64,000 nucleotides of DNA from Faecousia sp. (GCA_029257335.1 JARIBV010000026.1:78-64077); one strand, 5' to 3'. Shown: positions 1 through 10,270, counted from the first letter of the stretch. A program made the numbers and translations. Notes: a model not told the origin generated them from the sequence alone.

Positions 1-1182
1 GACGACGATGTGAAGGATTGGGTCAAATCTTTTAAGTTTGACATCGCCAAGCCGGGCGAGAACGTCCGCATCACCCCCGTTAAGGACGTCATCGAGCCTC
101 GCGTGAAGGTAGAGGGCCCCGGCGGCGTGTTCCCCGGTGTCATCTCCAAGGTAGATACCGTTGGCTCCGGCAAGACCCATGTCCTGCGCGGCATGGCTGT
201 TGTCACCGCTGGTAAGATCGTGGGCTTCCAGGAAGGCATCATTGATATGACCGGCCCCGGCGCTGCTTACACCCCTTTCAGCAAGCTGAACAACTTTGTT
301 GTTGTAGCCGAGCCCAAGGAGGGCTATGAAAACCACAAGCATGAGTACGAGCATGCTGTTCGTATCGCCGGTCTGCGCGCCGCCACCTTCATCGGTGAGC
401 TGGGTCGTGCCGTCGCTCCCGACGAGACCGCCGAGTTCGAGACTCTGGGCATCCGTGAGGGTCTGGAAAAGTACCCCAACCTGCCCCGGGTTGCATATGT
501 CCATATGCTCCAGAGCCAGGGCCTGCTGCATGACACCTATGTCTACGGCGTAGATGCAAAGCGTTCCCTGACCACCATCATCAACCCCACCGAAACCATG
601 GACGGCGCAATCCTCAGCGGTAACTGTGTTTCCGCCTGTGACAAGAACACCACTTACCACCATCAGAACAACCCCGTGGTGGCTGAGCTGTTCGCTGCTC
701 ATGGCAAGACCCTGAACTATGTCTGCAACATCATCACCAACGAAAATGTCTACCTGGCTGATAAGCAGCGCTCTTCCGACTGGACTGCAAAGCTGTGCCG
801 TCTGCTGGATCTGGACGGCGCCATCGTGTCTCAGGAAGGCTTCGGCAACCCCGACACCGACCTGATCATGAACACCAAGAAGATCGAGCAGCAGGGCGTC
901 AAGACCACCATCATCACCGACGAATACGCCGGTCAGGATGGCAAGTCTCAGTCTCTGGCTGATGCCGATCCTCTGGCTGATGCAGTGGTCACCGGCGGTA
1001 ACGCCAACGAAGTGATCGTGCTGCCCAAGATGGATAAGGTCATCGGTATGCTGGACTATGTCGATGTGATCGCCGGCGGTCACGCCGGTTCTCTGCGTGA
1101 GGACGGCTCCATCGAGGCAGAAATCCAGATCATCACCGGTGCCACCAACGAGATGGGCTTCAACTGCATGAGCGCCCGCTAA
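1..1182 (+). CDS. grdE: glycine/sarcosine/betaine reductase component B alpha/beta proprotein (5'-partial)
   Basis: Frame is open from base 1 (DDDVKDW...). Motifs GNCVSACDKN (pyruvoyl cleavage region), EGFGNPDTDL and GATNEMG. Lies directly upstream of grdB. Confidence 0.9.
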   Translation, partial: DDDVKDWVKSFKFDIAKPGENVRITPVKDVIEPRVKVEGPGGVFPGVISKVDTVGSGKTHVLRGMAVVTAGKIVGFQEGIIDMTGPGAAYTPFSKLNNFVVVAEPKEGYENHKHEYEHAVRIAGLRAATFIGELGRAVAPDETAEFETLGIREGLEKYPNLPRVAYVHMLQSQGLLHDTYVYGVDAKRSLTTIINPTETMDGAILSGNCVSACDKNTTYHHQNNPVVAELFAAHGKTLNYVCNIITNENVYLADKQRSSDWTAKLCRLLDLDGAIVSQEGFGNPDTDLIMNTKKIEQQGVKTTIITDEYAGQDGKSQSLADADPLADAVVTGGNANEVIVLPKMDKVIGMLDYVDVIAGGHAGSLREDGSIEAEIQIITGATNEMGFNCMSAR

Positions 1183-1208
1183 TTTGCCAGGAAGGAGGAT
1201 ATCACAAA

Positions 1209-2513
1209 ATGAGTTATCGTGTTGTTCACTATATCAACCAGTTCTTCGCTCAGATTGGCGGCGAGGAAATGGCCCATGTGGCTCCTGAGCTGCGGGACGG
1301 CTTTGTCGGCCCCGGCATGGCTCTGAACACCGCATGGAAGGGCGAGGTCGAGATCGTCAAGACCATTGTCTGCGGCGACTCTTACTTCGCTGAACATGAA
1401 AAGGAAGCCACCGAGCAGATTCTGGCTTGGGTTGAGGCTGAAAAGCCCGACCTGTTTATCGCCGGCCCTGCTTTCAACGCCGGCCGTTACGGCTACGCCT
1501 GCGCTACCATCTGCAACGCTGTCCAGGAGAAGCTGGGCATCCGTGTGCTGACCGGTATGTACGAGGAGAACCCCGGTGCGGACCTCAAGAACAAGGTTCT
1601 GATGGTTGCCACCACCAACAGCGCTGCCGGTATGCGTAAGGCTGCTCCCACCATGGCTGCTCTGGCCCTGAAGATTCTGAAGGGCGAAAAGCTGGGCGCC
1701 TGTGTCGAGGAAGGCTACATGCCCAACGGCATTCGTGTGAACTTCTTCGAGAAGGAGCGCGGCGCAAAGCGTGCTGTGGATATGCTGGTTAAGAAGCTGA
1801 ATGGTCAGCCCTTCACCACCGAGTATCCCATGCCCTCTTTCGACCGTGTTGCCCCCAACAAGGCCATCAAGGATCTGTCCAAGGCTACCATTGCCCTGTG
1901 CACTTCCGGTGGTATTGTCCCCAAGGGCAACCCCGATCACATCGAGTCCTCTTCCGCTTCTCACTACGGTGAGTACTGCATCGCAGGCGTGGATGATCTG
2001 ACTGCTGAGACCTACGAAACCGCCCACGGCGGCTACGATCCGGTCTACGCCAACGCTGACGCTGACCGCGTTCTGCCTGTTGACATCCTGCGTGAGTTCG
2101 AGAAGGAAGGCAAGATCGGCAAGCTCCACGATTACTACTACTCCACCGTCGGTAACGGTACTTCCGTTGCCAACGCCAAGAAGTTTGCAGCTGAGTATGC
2201 TCAGAAGCTGCGCAACGCCGGTGTTCATGCCGTTATCATGACCTCGACGTGAGGTACCTGCACTCGTTGCGGCGCAACGATGGTTAAGGAAATCGAGAGA
2301 GCCGGTATCCCTGTGGTTCACATGTGTACCGTTACTCCTATTTCTATGACGGTTGGTGCAAACAGAATTGTTCCCACCATCGCCATTCCTCACCCCCTGG
2401 GCAACCCCGCTCTGACCCTGGAGGAGGAGAAGAACATCCGCCGGAAGCTGGTTAGCCGTGCCCTGGAGGCCCTGACCACTGAGGTGGAGGATCAGACTAT
2501 TTTTGAGGTCTAA
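1209..2513 (+). CDS. grdB: glycine/sarcosine/betaine reductase selenoprotein B (gamma subunit), Sec at TGA 2250-2252
   Basis: ORFs 1209..2252 and 2280..2513 share a frame. Reading through TGA gives MTST-U-GTCTRCGATMVKEIER, the GrdB active-site motif. Also NQFFAQIGGEE and GPAFNAGRYG. Confidence 0.95.
2264..2280 (+). promoter_or_regulatory. bacterial SECIS element of grdB
   Basis: Perfect hairpin TCGTTGC-GGC-GCAACGA starting 11 nt after the in-frame TGA. Confidence 0.75.
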
Positions 2514-2567
2514 TCCATCTAAATAATAGACCATCCTGAATTTTCAGTGGTCTGCATACAAGAACGC

Positions 2568-2601
2568 AAGCGGTAAGGCGTCAATACGCCTTACCGCTTT
2601 T
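2568..2601 (+). terminator. intrinsic terminator after grdB
   Basis: AAGCGGTAAGGCGT-caat-ACGCCTTACCGCTT followed by TT. Confidence 0.75.
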
Positions 2602-2617
2602 CCTATGACAAACGATT

Positions 2618-2664
2618 ATCGGCCCCAGAGGAAGGAATGATCCCTTCCTCTGGGGCCGATTTTT
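2618..2664. terminator. second terminator hairpin between convergent operons
   Basis: ATCGGCCCCAGAGGAAGG...CCTTCCTCTGGGGCCGAT followed by TTTT. Confidence 0.7.
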
Positions 2665-2673
2665 ATGCCAGTA

Positions 2674-3069
2674 TTATGCGTCGCACATAACTTCCTCTTC
2701 CGGAATGGTCTTCACTCCGAAAACGAAATAAATCACATGCAGGATCCATACACATCCCAGGACGATCCGGCCCACAGGCACCTTGCTCATCATCAGAAAC
2801 CCGATCAGCATCAGCAGTGACACGGTAGCCAGAATTCGGATCTTCGTCCTTTTCGTCATACCTTTTCCTGCCACATAGCTTTCCAGATTCTTTTTATAAA
2901 GCTTCGTATTGATAAACCAATGATTGAGCTTTTCTGAGCTTCTCGCAAAGCAGAACGCCGCCAGCATTAAAAACGGGAAGGACGGCAGCATGGGAACCAC
3001 CGCTCCCACTGCGCCAAGACCGACGCCTATGCACCCCAGAACAATGTACAGGACTTTTTTAAGTTTCAT
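2674..3069 (-). CDS. YbaN/DUF454 family inner membrane protein
   Basis: GAVGAVVPMLPSFPFLMLAAFCFARSS signature; hydrophobic protein. Confidence 0.85.
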   Translation of the reverse strand: MKLKKVLYIVLGCIGVGLGAVGAVVPMLPSFPFLMLAAFCFARSSEKLNHWFINTKLYKKNLESYVAGKGMTKRTKIRILATVSLLMLIGFLMMSKVPVGRIVLGCVWILHVIYFVFGVKTIPEEEVMCDA

Positions 3070-3400
3070 GGTTTTGCTCCATTCGTCTACGCTCTTTTTT
3101 GGATTCTATTACATGACGGATAGCCATGATCGGATGATGAAAAATCATACGCGGTCCCGAAAATCTCATAACTTCCCGGATTTTTTCACGCATTTCAGGC
3201 TTGTAGCAATGCACCTTGCAGTTGGAGCAGAAGGTCTTTGTCTCCATAAAGGGGCATTTGTCACTGCGCGCCCTTGCATAGGCATCCAGCTGCGCACACT
3301 GGGGGCAAAGCTCTTTGCCCCCGTGTTTTTTTCGGCAGTACAGATGAATCATGAGCGATACGGTTTCTTTTTCCCGCTGTCGTTTGCTCTGTACATCCAT
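3059..3400 (-). CDS. YgbA / nitrous oxide-stimulated promoter family protein
   Basis: MIHLYC, CPQC, CPFMETKTFCSNCKVHCY and MRFSGPRMIFHHP motifs. Confidence 0.85.
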   Translation of the reverse strand: MDVQSKRQREKETVSLMIHLYCRKKHGGKELCPQCAQLDAYARARSDKCPFMETKTFCSNCKVHCYKPEMREKIREVMRFSGPRMIFHHPIMAIRHVIESKKERRRMEQNHET

Positions 3401-5040
3401 CAGCTCATTCTCCCCTGCTCTGCGGAATACACCACATCCGCAATTCCCATTGTGGATTTCCGATGGGATACCAGAACCACAGTCTTTCCGCTGCGCTCCT
3501 GATGGAGAGACTTCAGGATCACTGCCTCATTCAGGCTGTCCAAATTGCTGGTAGGTTCATCCAGCAAAACAAACGGCGCATCGTGAAGGAACGCCCTGGC
3601 CAGACCCAGGCGCTGCCGTTCACCACCGGACAGTGTGTCTCCCAGCTCTCCCACAGGGGTATCATAGCCCTTCGGCAAGCTCAAAATAAAATCATGTACA
3701 GAGGCCTTCTTACAGGCTTCCACAATTTCTTCTTCTGTTGCGTCCAACTTGGCAATTCGCAGGTTGTTGCGGATGGAATCATGGAACAGATGAGTTTCCT
3801 GCGTCACAAAGCTCTCCATGTCACGCAGATTGGAGGTATTGATCTGATTCACATTCCGCCCGGAAACTATAATTTCACCGCCCTGCACCTGCCAGAACCG
3901 CATCAGCAGCTTCAGGAATGTAGACTTACCGCTGCCGCTTCTGCCTACGATTCCAACAATCTTGTTTTCCGGAATCTCCAGAGAGAAGTCGGACAGAATC
4001 GGCGTTTCACCATAGGAGAAGTTCACATGCTTTGCAGCAGCACCGGAAAAAGCAATCTCTTTCTGCCCGGTAATCTCCTCCACCACCGGAGACTCCTCCA
4101 GAATGTCGAGCACCCGGTTTCCCGCTGCAAAGGTATTCTGCAAGGTGGCCCCAAGGTTTGCCAGTGCTACCACCGGACCAAAGGAACTCATAAGCGCCAG
4201 CGTTGCAATCAGCGCCCCATCAAAGCCGCACAGCCAGGTAGATAAGAACAGCATCGCCATATCAAAGCACAAAATCACCGTGTTGGTCACCGCACCATTA
4301 CGGCCTGCAATGCGCTTCATACGCTCTTCGTCCTCCGCCAGGCGGTCGGTCATCTCATTCATCTGCTGCATCCGCTGATTTCCCTGGCCATATTGCAGGG
4401 TCTCCGGCAAGCCCCGGAGGCTGTCCAGCACAAAGCTTGCCAGACGGCCGGAGTTGCTACGGAAGCGGATTCCGTTGTCACCACTGCTCTTTGAAGTAAC
4501 AACAGGAATCACAATGCCCACCGTCACATAAGCCGCAAGGGCCAGAAGACCCAGAGCCCAGTGACGCGCGCCAATAAACAGCACCATGACCAGAGTAAAC
4601 AGCGCCGCAATGCACGCAGGAGAAATGGTGTGGGCATAAAACACCTCCAGCAGTTCAATGTCAGAGGTAATGATATTGATGAGGTTGCCCTTGTCCTTGC
4701 CTTCCAGCTTGGCCGGGGTCAGACGGCGCAGTGCGTCGAACACCCGATCCCGGATAAGGGCCAACAGTTTAAATGCAATAAAGTGGTTGCAGGCCTGCTC
4801 TGCATAGCGCAGAACGCCCCGAATAAGTGCGAATACCACCAGACAGATGAACACTGCCTGCAAAGACATCCCAACAGGGAACCCTAACAAATTCAGAACT
4901 GCAACGCCGCCAAACACTGTCAGGAAGGCAGCACAAAGGTGCCCCACAAGACCCATGAGCACAGCCAGAACCATATATCCGGAAAGAGGCTTTACAAGGC
5001 CAATGAGCCGGGTCATTACTTTCAATCCACCACGTTTCAT
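3400..5040 (-). CDS. ABC exporter permease/ATPase, CydC-like
   Basis: N-terminal TM domain, Walker A GRSGSGKST, LSGGERQR, LLDEPTS. ATG at 5040 overlaps the upstream gene's stop. Confidence 0.88.
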   Translation of the reverse strand: MKRGGLKVMTRLIGLVKPLSGYMVLAVLMGLVGHLCAAFLTVFGGVAVLNLLGFPVGMSLQAVFICLVVFALIRGVLRYAEQACNHFIAFKLLALIRDRVFDALRRLTPAKLEGKDKGNLINIITSDIELLEVFYAHTISPACIAALFTLVMVLFIGARHWALGLLALAAYVTVGIVIPVVTSKSSGDNGIRFRSNSGRLASFVLDSLRGLPETLQYGQGNQRMQQMNEMTDRLAEDEERMKRIAGRNGAVTNTVILCFDMAMLFLSTWLCGFDGALIATLALMSSFGPVVALANLGATLQNTFAAGNRVLDILEESPVVEEITGQKEIAFSGAAAKHVNFSYGETPILSDFSLEIPENKIVGIVGRSGSGKSTFLKLLMRFWQVQGGEIIVSGRNVNQINTSNLRDMESFVTQETHLFHDSIRNNLRIAKLDATEEEIVEACKKASVHDFILSLPKGYDTPVGELGDTLSGGERQRLGLARAFLHDAPFVLLDEPTSNLDSLNEAVILKSLHQERSGKTVVLVSHRKSTMGIADVVYSAEQGRMS

Positions 5041-6773
5041 ACGGCAGCTCCTTTCGCATAGTGCTCCAGCTCCTGCTGGGTGTTCCACAACTGTTGGTAG
5101 CTTCCGCCTTGTGCAAGCAGCGCCTCATGGGTGCCGGACTGGACGACCCTGCCCTGCTCCAAAACATAAATCTGATCTGCATCTACCACATTGGCCAGGC
5201 GGTGGGAAATCAGAATGACTGTTTTGGTTTTTGCCAGGCGATAGATCTCCTGCATCATGTGGTTTTCGCTCTCCACATCGATGTTGGAGGTTGCTTCATC
5301 GAACAAGTACACAGGGCTGTCGTGGAGCAGTGCTCTTGCCAGTGCCAAACGCTGGCACTGACCGCCGGAGAGGTTGGAGGCCTTCTCCATAAGAGGGGTA
5401 TCCAGGCCCTGCTCTCCTCTCAGAAATCCCGCCAGATTTACACGCTCGAGCACCTTCCAGAGGGCTGCGTCGTCTGCCTTGGGGCTGGCCATCAGGAGAT
5501 TGTCCCGGACGGTTCCCTTAAACAGATAGCTCTGGTGGCTCACATAAGTAAAGTTTTGCATCAGGCTCGCTTCGGACAGGTTTTCCAGAGAAATCCCTCC
5601 CACGGTCACCTGACCTGTATAGCCTCGATTTCTTCCCATGAGGATGGATGCCATGGTGGATTTTCCACATCCACTTTCTCCCACAATGGCAGTAAAGCTG
5701 CCCTTGCGGAAGGTCATATCCACATTGTGGAGAATCTGCCGTTCCTTTTCATAGGCAAAGCAAAGGTTCTTGCATGCAATGGTGCAGTCTTCGGGAACCA
5801 ACTCCTGCCTCTGCTCCGGCTCAGGCAGATCAAGCAGCTTGAAGATTTTCTCGGATGCTGCCATACCGTTCATAGCAATATGGAAGAAGGAACCCAGAAG
5901 ACGCATGGGCAGGAAAAAGTCTGCTGCAAGCAGGAGCATCAGAAGACAGCCTGCCAAGTCTACATGACCGGCCCGGAACTGAAGCACGGACAAAATAGCA
6001 CCCAGCGCCGCACCGCCATAGGCAACCAAATCCATAATGGTAATGGAGTTGAGCTGCATGGTCAGCACCTTCATGGTGATCTTGCGGAATTCTTCCGACT
6101 GTCTGTTCATTTCCTCGTGCTTGAAGCCATCGGACTGGTAGATTTTCAGCGTGGTGAGGCCCTGCAAATTTTCCAGGAAGGTATCACCAAGGGCGGTATA
6201 CTGCCCCCAATACTTTCCCAGAAGCTTTTTGGCCCATGTCTGCACCGCTGCAATGGAAACGGGGATCAGCGGCACACAGACCAGAAGGACTGCGGCCGTA
6301 GGCAGATTTACAAAGGCCAGCACAGCAAACAAGGTAACAGGCGCCAGCATAGCATAGAAGAACTGGGGCAGATACGCTCCGAAATAGGTTTCCAGCTGGT
6401 CAACGCCCTCCACGGCAACCTGTACAACCTCACTGGTTTGTACCCGTTCTTTATAGGAGGTGCCCAGACGCAGCAGTTTTCCATAAATCATTTCCCGAAG
6501 GGTCCTTTTTACGGCTTTAGAAGACAGATATCCCATTCGGCTGGCTAAGGTGGTGCAGCAGAATCGAATCAGAATTGCCGCAGCCACAATCACCGCTGTC
6601 ATGATAGCGGTATGCTTCGTGGCTGTTTTTTCATAAACCCGCTGCAAAAAACCCGCAACTGAAGCCATTGCTCCAATATTCGCCAGCAACGCTCCCCATT
6701 GCAGTGCCACATTGGCTGCAATGTACTTTTTACTTTGTGGGACAACACCTATCAGGCGTTTGTTGATCATCAT
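5037..6773 (-). CDS. ABC exporter permease/ATPase, CydD-like
   Basis: YFGAYLPQ, DFFLPMRLLGSFFH, GESGCGKST, LSGGQCQR. Confidence 0.88.
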   Translation of the reverse strand: MMINKRLIGVVPQSKKYIAANVALQWGALLANIGAMASVAGFLQRVYEKTATKHTAIMTAVIVAAAILIRFCCTTLASRMGYLSSKAVKRTLREMIYGKLLRLGTSYKERVQTSEVVQVAVEGVDQLETYFGAYLPQFFYAMLAPVTLFAVLAFVNLPTAAVLLVCVPLIPVSIAAVQTWAKKLLGKYWGQYTALGDTFLENLQGLTTLKIYQSDGFKHEEMNRQSEEFRKITMKVLTMQLNSITIMDLVAYGGAALGAILSVLQFRAGHVDLAGCLLMLLLAADFFLPMRLLGSFFHIAMNGMAASEKIFKLLDLPEPEQRQELVPEDCTIACKNLCFAYEKERQILHNVDMTFRKGSFTAIVGESGCGKSTMASILMGRNRGYTGQVTVGGISLENLSEASLMQNFTYVSHQSYLFKGTVRDNLLMASPKADDAALWKVLERVNLAGFLRGEQGLDTPLMEKASNLSGGQCQRLALARALLHDSPVYLFDEATSNIDVESENHMMQEIYRLAKTKTVILISHRLANVVDADQIYVLEQGRVVQSGTHEALLAQGGSYQQLWNTQQELEHYAKGAAV

Positions 6774-6867
6774 GAATTTAGGACCCCCCGGCATGTTATA
6801 GTCTATCGCACTCAAAGCAGGGAAAACCGCTATCTCTAGCCATTTTCCCTGCTTCATTGTTTATTTT

Positions 6868-7311
6868 CTAAGCACGAACAGCATTGGGATCTGCCAAAGC
6901 CTTTCCAAGCGACTGACAAGCGGCTACTGCCTCCTCATCCGGTGCCTCCTCACAGATGACACTGTCGCAGGCGAACACTGTGCCAGCCTCCTGGCAGGTC
7001 TCTTCCCAGTTGCGCATCCATTCGCCATCGCCCCATCCATAGGAACCGAAGAGGGCGATTCTCTTGTCACGCAACTTAGGCAGGCAGGCTGTGAACATCG
7101 GTTCAAACTCATCTTCTTCCAGAACCTCTGCTCCCATGGCGGGACACCCAAAAGCAATGGCATCATAAGCTTCCACAATATCCGATGTGAATTCGGTTGC
7201 GGTCAGCAGCTCGGCATTGGCGCCGCCAGCTTCAGCTCCTTCCGCAACAGCTCGGGCCATTGCCTCCGTATTTCCTGTTCCGCTCCAATAAACAACTGCA
7301 ATTTTACTCAT
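6868..7311 (-). CDS. flavodoxin (short chain)
   Basis: VYWSGTGNTEAMA, GCPAMG and LFGSYGWGDGEWM motifs. Confidence 0.95.
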   Translation of the reverse strand: MSKIAVVYWSGTGNTEAMARAVAEGAEAGGANAELLTATEFTSDIVEAYDAIAFGCPAMGAEVLEEDEFEPMFTACLPKLRDKRIALFGSYGWGDGEWMRNWEETCQEAGTVFACDSVICEEAPDEEAVAACQSLGKALADPNAVRA

Positions 7312-7346
7312 TATACATCACCTTTCTTAATTTGTAAATTTGAAAA

Positions 7347-7898
7347 TTAACTGGCAACTGTAAGACAATCAACGCTCTTACCTTTTTTCCACATATCGCA
7401 GTAGATTCTTGTACACTGCTTATATTTGGCAAAGGTCTTTTGAGCCGCTTCAGGATCGCCATACACCTTCCAGCAGCCGGCGCATTTTTGTCCACAGGCC
7501 TTGTTTTCAATAAATCCATTCACATCTTCCGGTGGGTATCCCAAAAACAGTCCTACTTCGTGTGGAAATTCTCCCTCTTCCTGGAATCTTCCCATCAGCT
7601 GGCAGATGCAGGGCTCCACCCGCATATCTTTATAGCCCCGTTTTCGGAGAACAGAAATTGCTTGCTGGTCTTGCAGCACTTTTTCTACTCCCTTTGGCCG
7701 AAACACATAAATAAGGGCCCGGCCCTCTTTATAGTGCAGAGGCAGCACACGAAGGCCCTTAGGGACCAGTTTGCGATTGGCCCAGCGAACCGCTTCCATC
7801 AATTCCTTTGCAGTACTATAAGAGCAAGGGAACATATTACCGGTCTTGATCCCGGCCAATGTAGGCGAACAGTGCCGAACCAATAGTTCTTCAGACAT
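7347..7898 (-). CDS. DUF3793 family protein
   Basis: HCSPTLAGIKTG, FPHEVGLFLGYPPEDV and GCWKVYGD; this family typically neighbours flavodoxin/feo genes. Confidence 0.85.
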   Translation of the reverse strand: MSEELLVRHCSPTLAGIKTGNMFPCSYSTAKELMEAVRWANRKLVPKGLRVLPLHYKEGRALIYVFRPKGVEKVLQDQQAISVLRKRGYKDMRVEPCICQLMGRFQEEGEFPHEVGLFLGYPPEDVNGFIENKACGQKCAGCWKVYGDPEAAQKTFAKYKQCTRIYCDMWKKGKSVDCLTVAS

Positions 7899-7953
7899 AG
7901 AATACCCTCCTTTATTGCATATGACTGGTGCGTTATTCTCATATGTTATTTTC

Positions 7954-7969
7954 GTTAGTCTTAACTAAC
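7954..7969. promoter_or_regulatory. putative DtxR-family metal-repressor operator (copy 2)
   Basis: GTTAG-TCTTAA-CTAAC palindrome upstream of the DUF3793 gene; same pattern as the feoA site. Confidence 0.6.
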
Positions 7970-8019
7970 TTTTATAGGAACAGTAAGGGGATGCAGAGGA
8001 ACTCGCATCCCCATTACCA

Positions 8020-8181
8020 TTACTTTTTCTTGGATTTGCAGGAGCAACCACCGCAGGAACCGCAGGATCCGCCACTGGGGCAACCAACACACTTGACGCC
8101 CTTTTTCTTTGACCGATACAGATACCATGCAGAGGCTCCAATAATCACCACAAGAACAGCGATTGCAATTACATTTTCCAT
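8020..8181 (-). CDS. FeoB-associated Cys-rich membrane microprotein (53 aa, not in ORF track)
   Basis: Manual translation MENVIAIAVLVVIIGASAWYLYRSKKKGVKCVGCPSGGSCGSCGGCSCKSKKK, immediately after feoB. Confidence 0.88.
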   Translation of the reverse strand: MENVIAIAVLVVIIGASAWYLYRSKKKGVKCVGCPSGGSCGSCGGCSCKSKKK

Positions 8182-8193
8182 AGCAGTTACTTC

Positions 8194-10185
8194 TTACTTA
8201 CGCAAAGCGTATTCTTTCTCAAGTTTTTTGTCTGCATTGAGACACAGATACACCACAATGCCAACCATTACCGCAACGGCTGCCAAGCCGGGGAGGAACC
8301 CGGCGCCAACGCTGCCGGTCTGGATCAGAGTGCCAATCTGGTAAACCAGGTATGCAACTACGTAGCCCGTACCCAGCTGCAATACAATGCCACCAAAGAG
8401 CCACTTGCGATCCTTGATCTCGGAGTGCATTGCACCGATGGCTGCAAAGCAAGGAGGTGTGAAGAGGTTGAACATGAGGCAGGCCAATGCCGCAGCCTTG
8501 GTGAGGTTCAGGACAGCCGCAACCTCACTGGCACCGCCGGTCAGAACCAGCTCTTCTGTGTCAATGAAATTCGTGATACCATAGCAGACAGCCAGGGTAC
8601 CGACAACATTCTCTTTTGCGATGAAGCCGGTGATGGAGGCAGCCGCAATCTGCCACACGCCGAAGCCCAGAGGCACCAGCAGCACCGCGAAGGGAGATGC
8701 GATAGAAGCCAGGATGGAAGTGTTTTCCATGCCCTCTTCCACCAGCTGGAAATTCCAGTTAAAGGACTGCATAATCTGCACCGCAGTGTTACACAGCAGG
8801 ATGATGGTGCCGGCCTTTACGATGTAGGCCCAGCCGCGAGCACACATAGAGAGGAATCCACGCTTCAGGGAGGGCAGTTTGTACTCGGGCAGCTCCATAA
8901 TGAAGAAGGATTTACGGTTCTTGTAGCCCGCGATCTTATTGACCAGCAGAGCACCCAAGAAGATCAGCAGGATGCCAACAAAGTACATGATGGTACCAAC
9001 CCAGGAGGCATCAGAGAAGAAGACACCGGCAAACAGTGCAATAACAGGAAGCTTTGCACCGCAGGGCATGAACGGAGTCAGCATAGCGGTTGCTCTGCGC
9101 TCCCGCTCATTTCGGATGGTGCGGCAAGCCATGATGCCGGGAATTGCACAACCAGTGCCGATAACGAAAGGAATAACGGACTTACCGGAAAGACCAACCT
9201 TCTTGAAGATGGGGTCCAGCACAACAGAGACACGAGCCATGTAGCCGCAGTCTTCCAGCAGTGCAATCAGGAAGTACATCACCATAACCAGAGGCAGGAA
9301 GCCCAAAACAGCGCCAACGCCGCCGATAATGCCGTCTACCAAGAGGGACTGCAGCAGAGGCGATGCATTTTCCAGTAGGCCGGCAACCCAGCCCTGGAAC
9401 TGCTCGATCCAACCTGTGAGATAATCTGCCAGCCAGGGGCCCAGTGCAGACTGAGAAATGTAAAACACAAGGAACATAACCACCGCGAAAATAGGAATAC
9501 CTGCCCAGCGGTTGGTCAGAACTGCATCGATCTTATCCTGATAATTTTTTTCTTTGGTGAAAACTTTTCTTGTTTCGACTTTAGCAACGATCTGGTTTAC
9601 AAACTCGAAACGCTTCTTGTCCGCATCCACCACCGCATTCTTATCGGTAAGGTTGATATTCCCCTGGGTATAAGGAGCTTTCTGTGTTTTCCCCTTCTGT
9701 GCAGCAGCGATCCGGACCACATCGCCCAGCCCGCCTGCGGAAGTAGAAACAGTCTCAACTACGGGGCAGCCCAGCTTCTGGGACAGCAGCTCCATGTTGA
9801 TCTTGGTTTGCTTCTTTTCGTTGATATCAGCTTTGTTCAAAGCAACCACCACGGGAATTCCCAACTCCAGGAGCTGAGTCGTGAAGAACAAGCTTCTGCT
9901 CAAATTGGTGGCATCCACGATGTTAATAATGACATCAGGATTTTCATTTCTCACATAAGAGCTTGTGATACTCTCCTCGGAAGTAAACGGCGACATAGAG
10001 TAAGCACCGGGCAAATCGACTGCCACCAATTCTTCCGAACCGGAGTAATAACTCTTTTTGATGAGATGTTCCTTCTTTTCGACCGTAACACCTGCCCAGT
10101 TACCGACCCGTTCATTTCGGCCGGTAAGAGCATTGTACATGGTCGTTTTACCACTGTTCGGATTGCCTGTCAAAGCAATTCTCAT
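8194..10185 (-). CDS. feoB: ferrous iron transporter B
   Basis: GNPNSGKT, VGNWAGVTVE, DLPG, NKAD, LEDCGYMAR and multiple TM helices. Confidence 0.97.
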   Translation of the reverse strand: MRIALTGNPNSGKTTMYNALTGRNERVGNWAGVTVEKKEHLIKKSYYSGSEELVAVDLPGAYSMSPFTSEESITSSYVRNENPDVIINIVDATNLSRSLFFTTQLLELGIPVVVALNKADINEKKQTKINMELLSQKLGCPVVETVSTSAGGLGDVVRIAAAQKGKTQKAPYTQGNINLTDKNAVVDADKKRFEFVNQIVAKVETRKVFTKEKNYQDKIDAVLTNRWAGIPIFAVVMFLVFYISQSALGPWLADYLTGWIEQFQGWVAGLLENASPLLQSLLVDGIIGGVGAVLGFLPLVMVMYFLIALLEDCGYMARVSVVLDPIFKKVGLSGKSVIPFVIGTGCAIPGIMACRTIRNERERRATAMLTPFMPCGAKLPVIALFAGVFFSDASWVGTIMYFVGILLIFLGALLVNKIAGYKNRKSFFIMELPEYKLPSLKRGFLSMCARGWAYIVKAGTIILLCNTAVQIMQSFNWNFQLVEEGMENTSILASIASPFAVLLVPLGFGVWQIAAASITGFIAKENVVGTLAVCYGITNFIDTEELVLTGGASEVAAVLNLTKAAALACLMFNLFTPPCFAAIGAMHSEIKDRKWLFGGIVLQLGTGYVVAYLVYQIGTLIQTGSVGAGFLPGLAAVAVMVGIVVYLCLNADKKLEKEYALRK

Positions 10186-10270
10186 AATACAATTCCTCCT
10201 TGCACACTGAAGTCTGCCCCATATCCATCATGTGGGCAGCTTTCCTCAACCTCTCTGCACTGCAAATTTG

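Noticed and set aside
2280-2513. Separate 77-aa ORF
   Set aside because: It is the C-terminus of GrdB after selenocysteine read-through.
1179-2534. Long antisense ORFs (1179..2534 -, and likewise 5061..6548 +, 22846..24030 +, 30049..31749 +, 31821..33509 +, 40918..42300 +)
   Set aside because: They are shadows of well-supported genes on the opposite strand, with no recognisable motifs.
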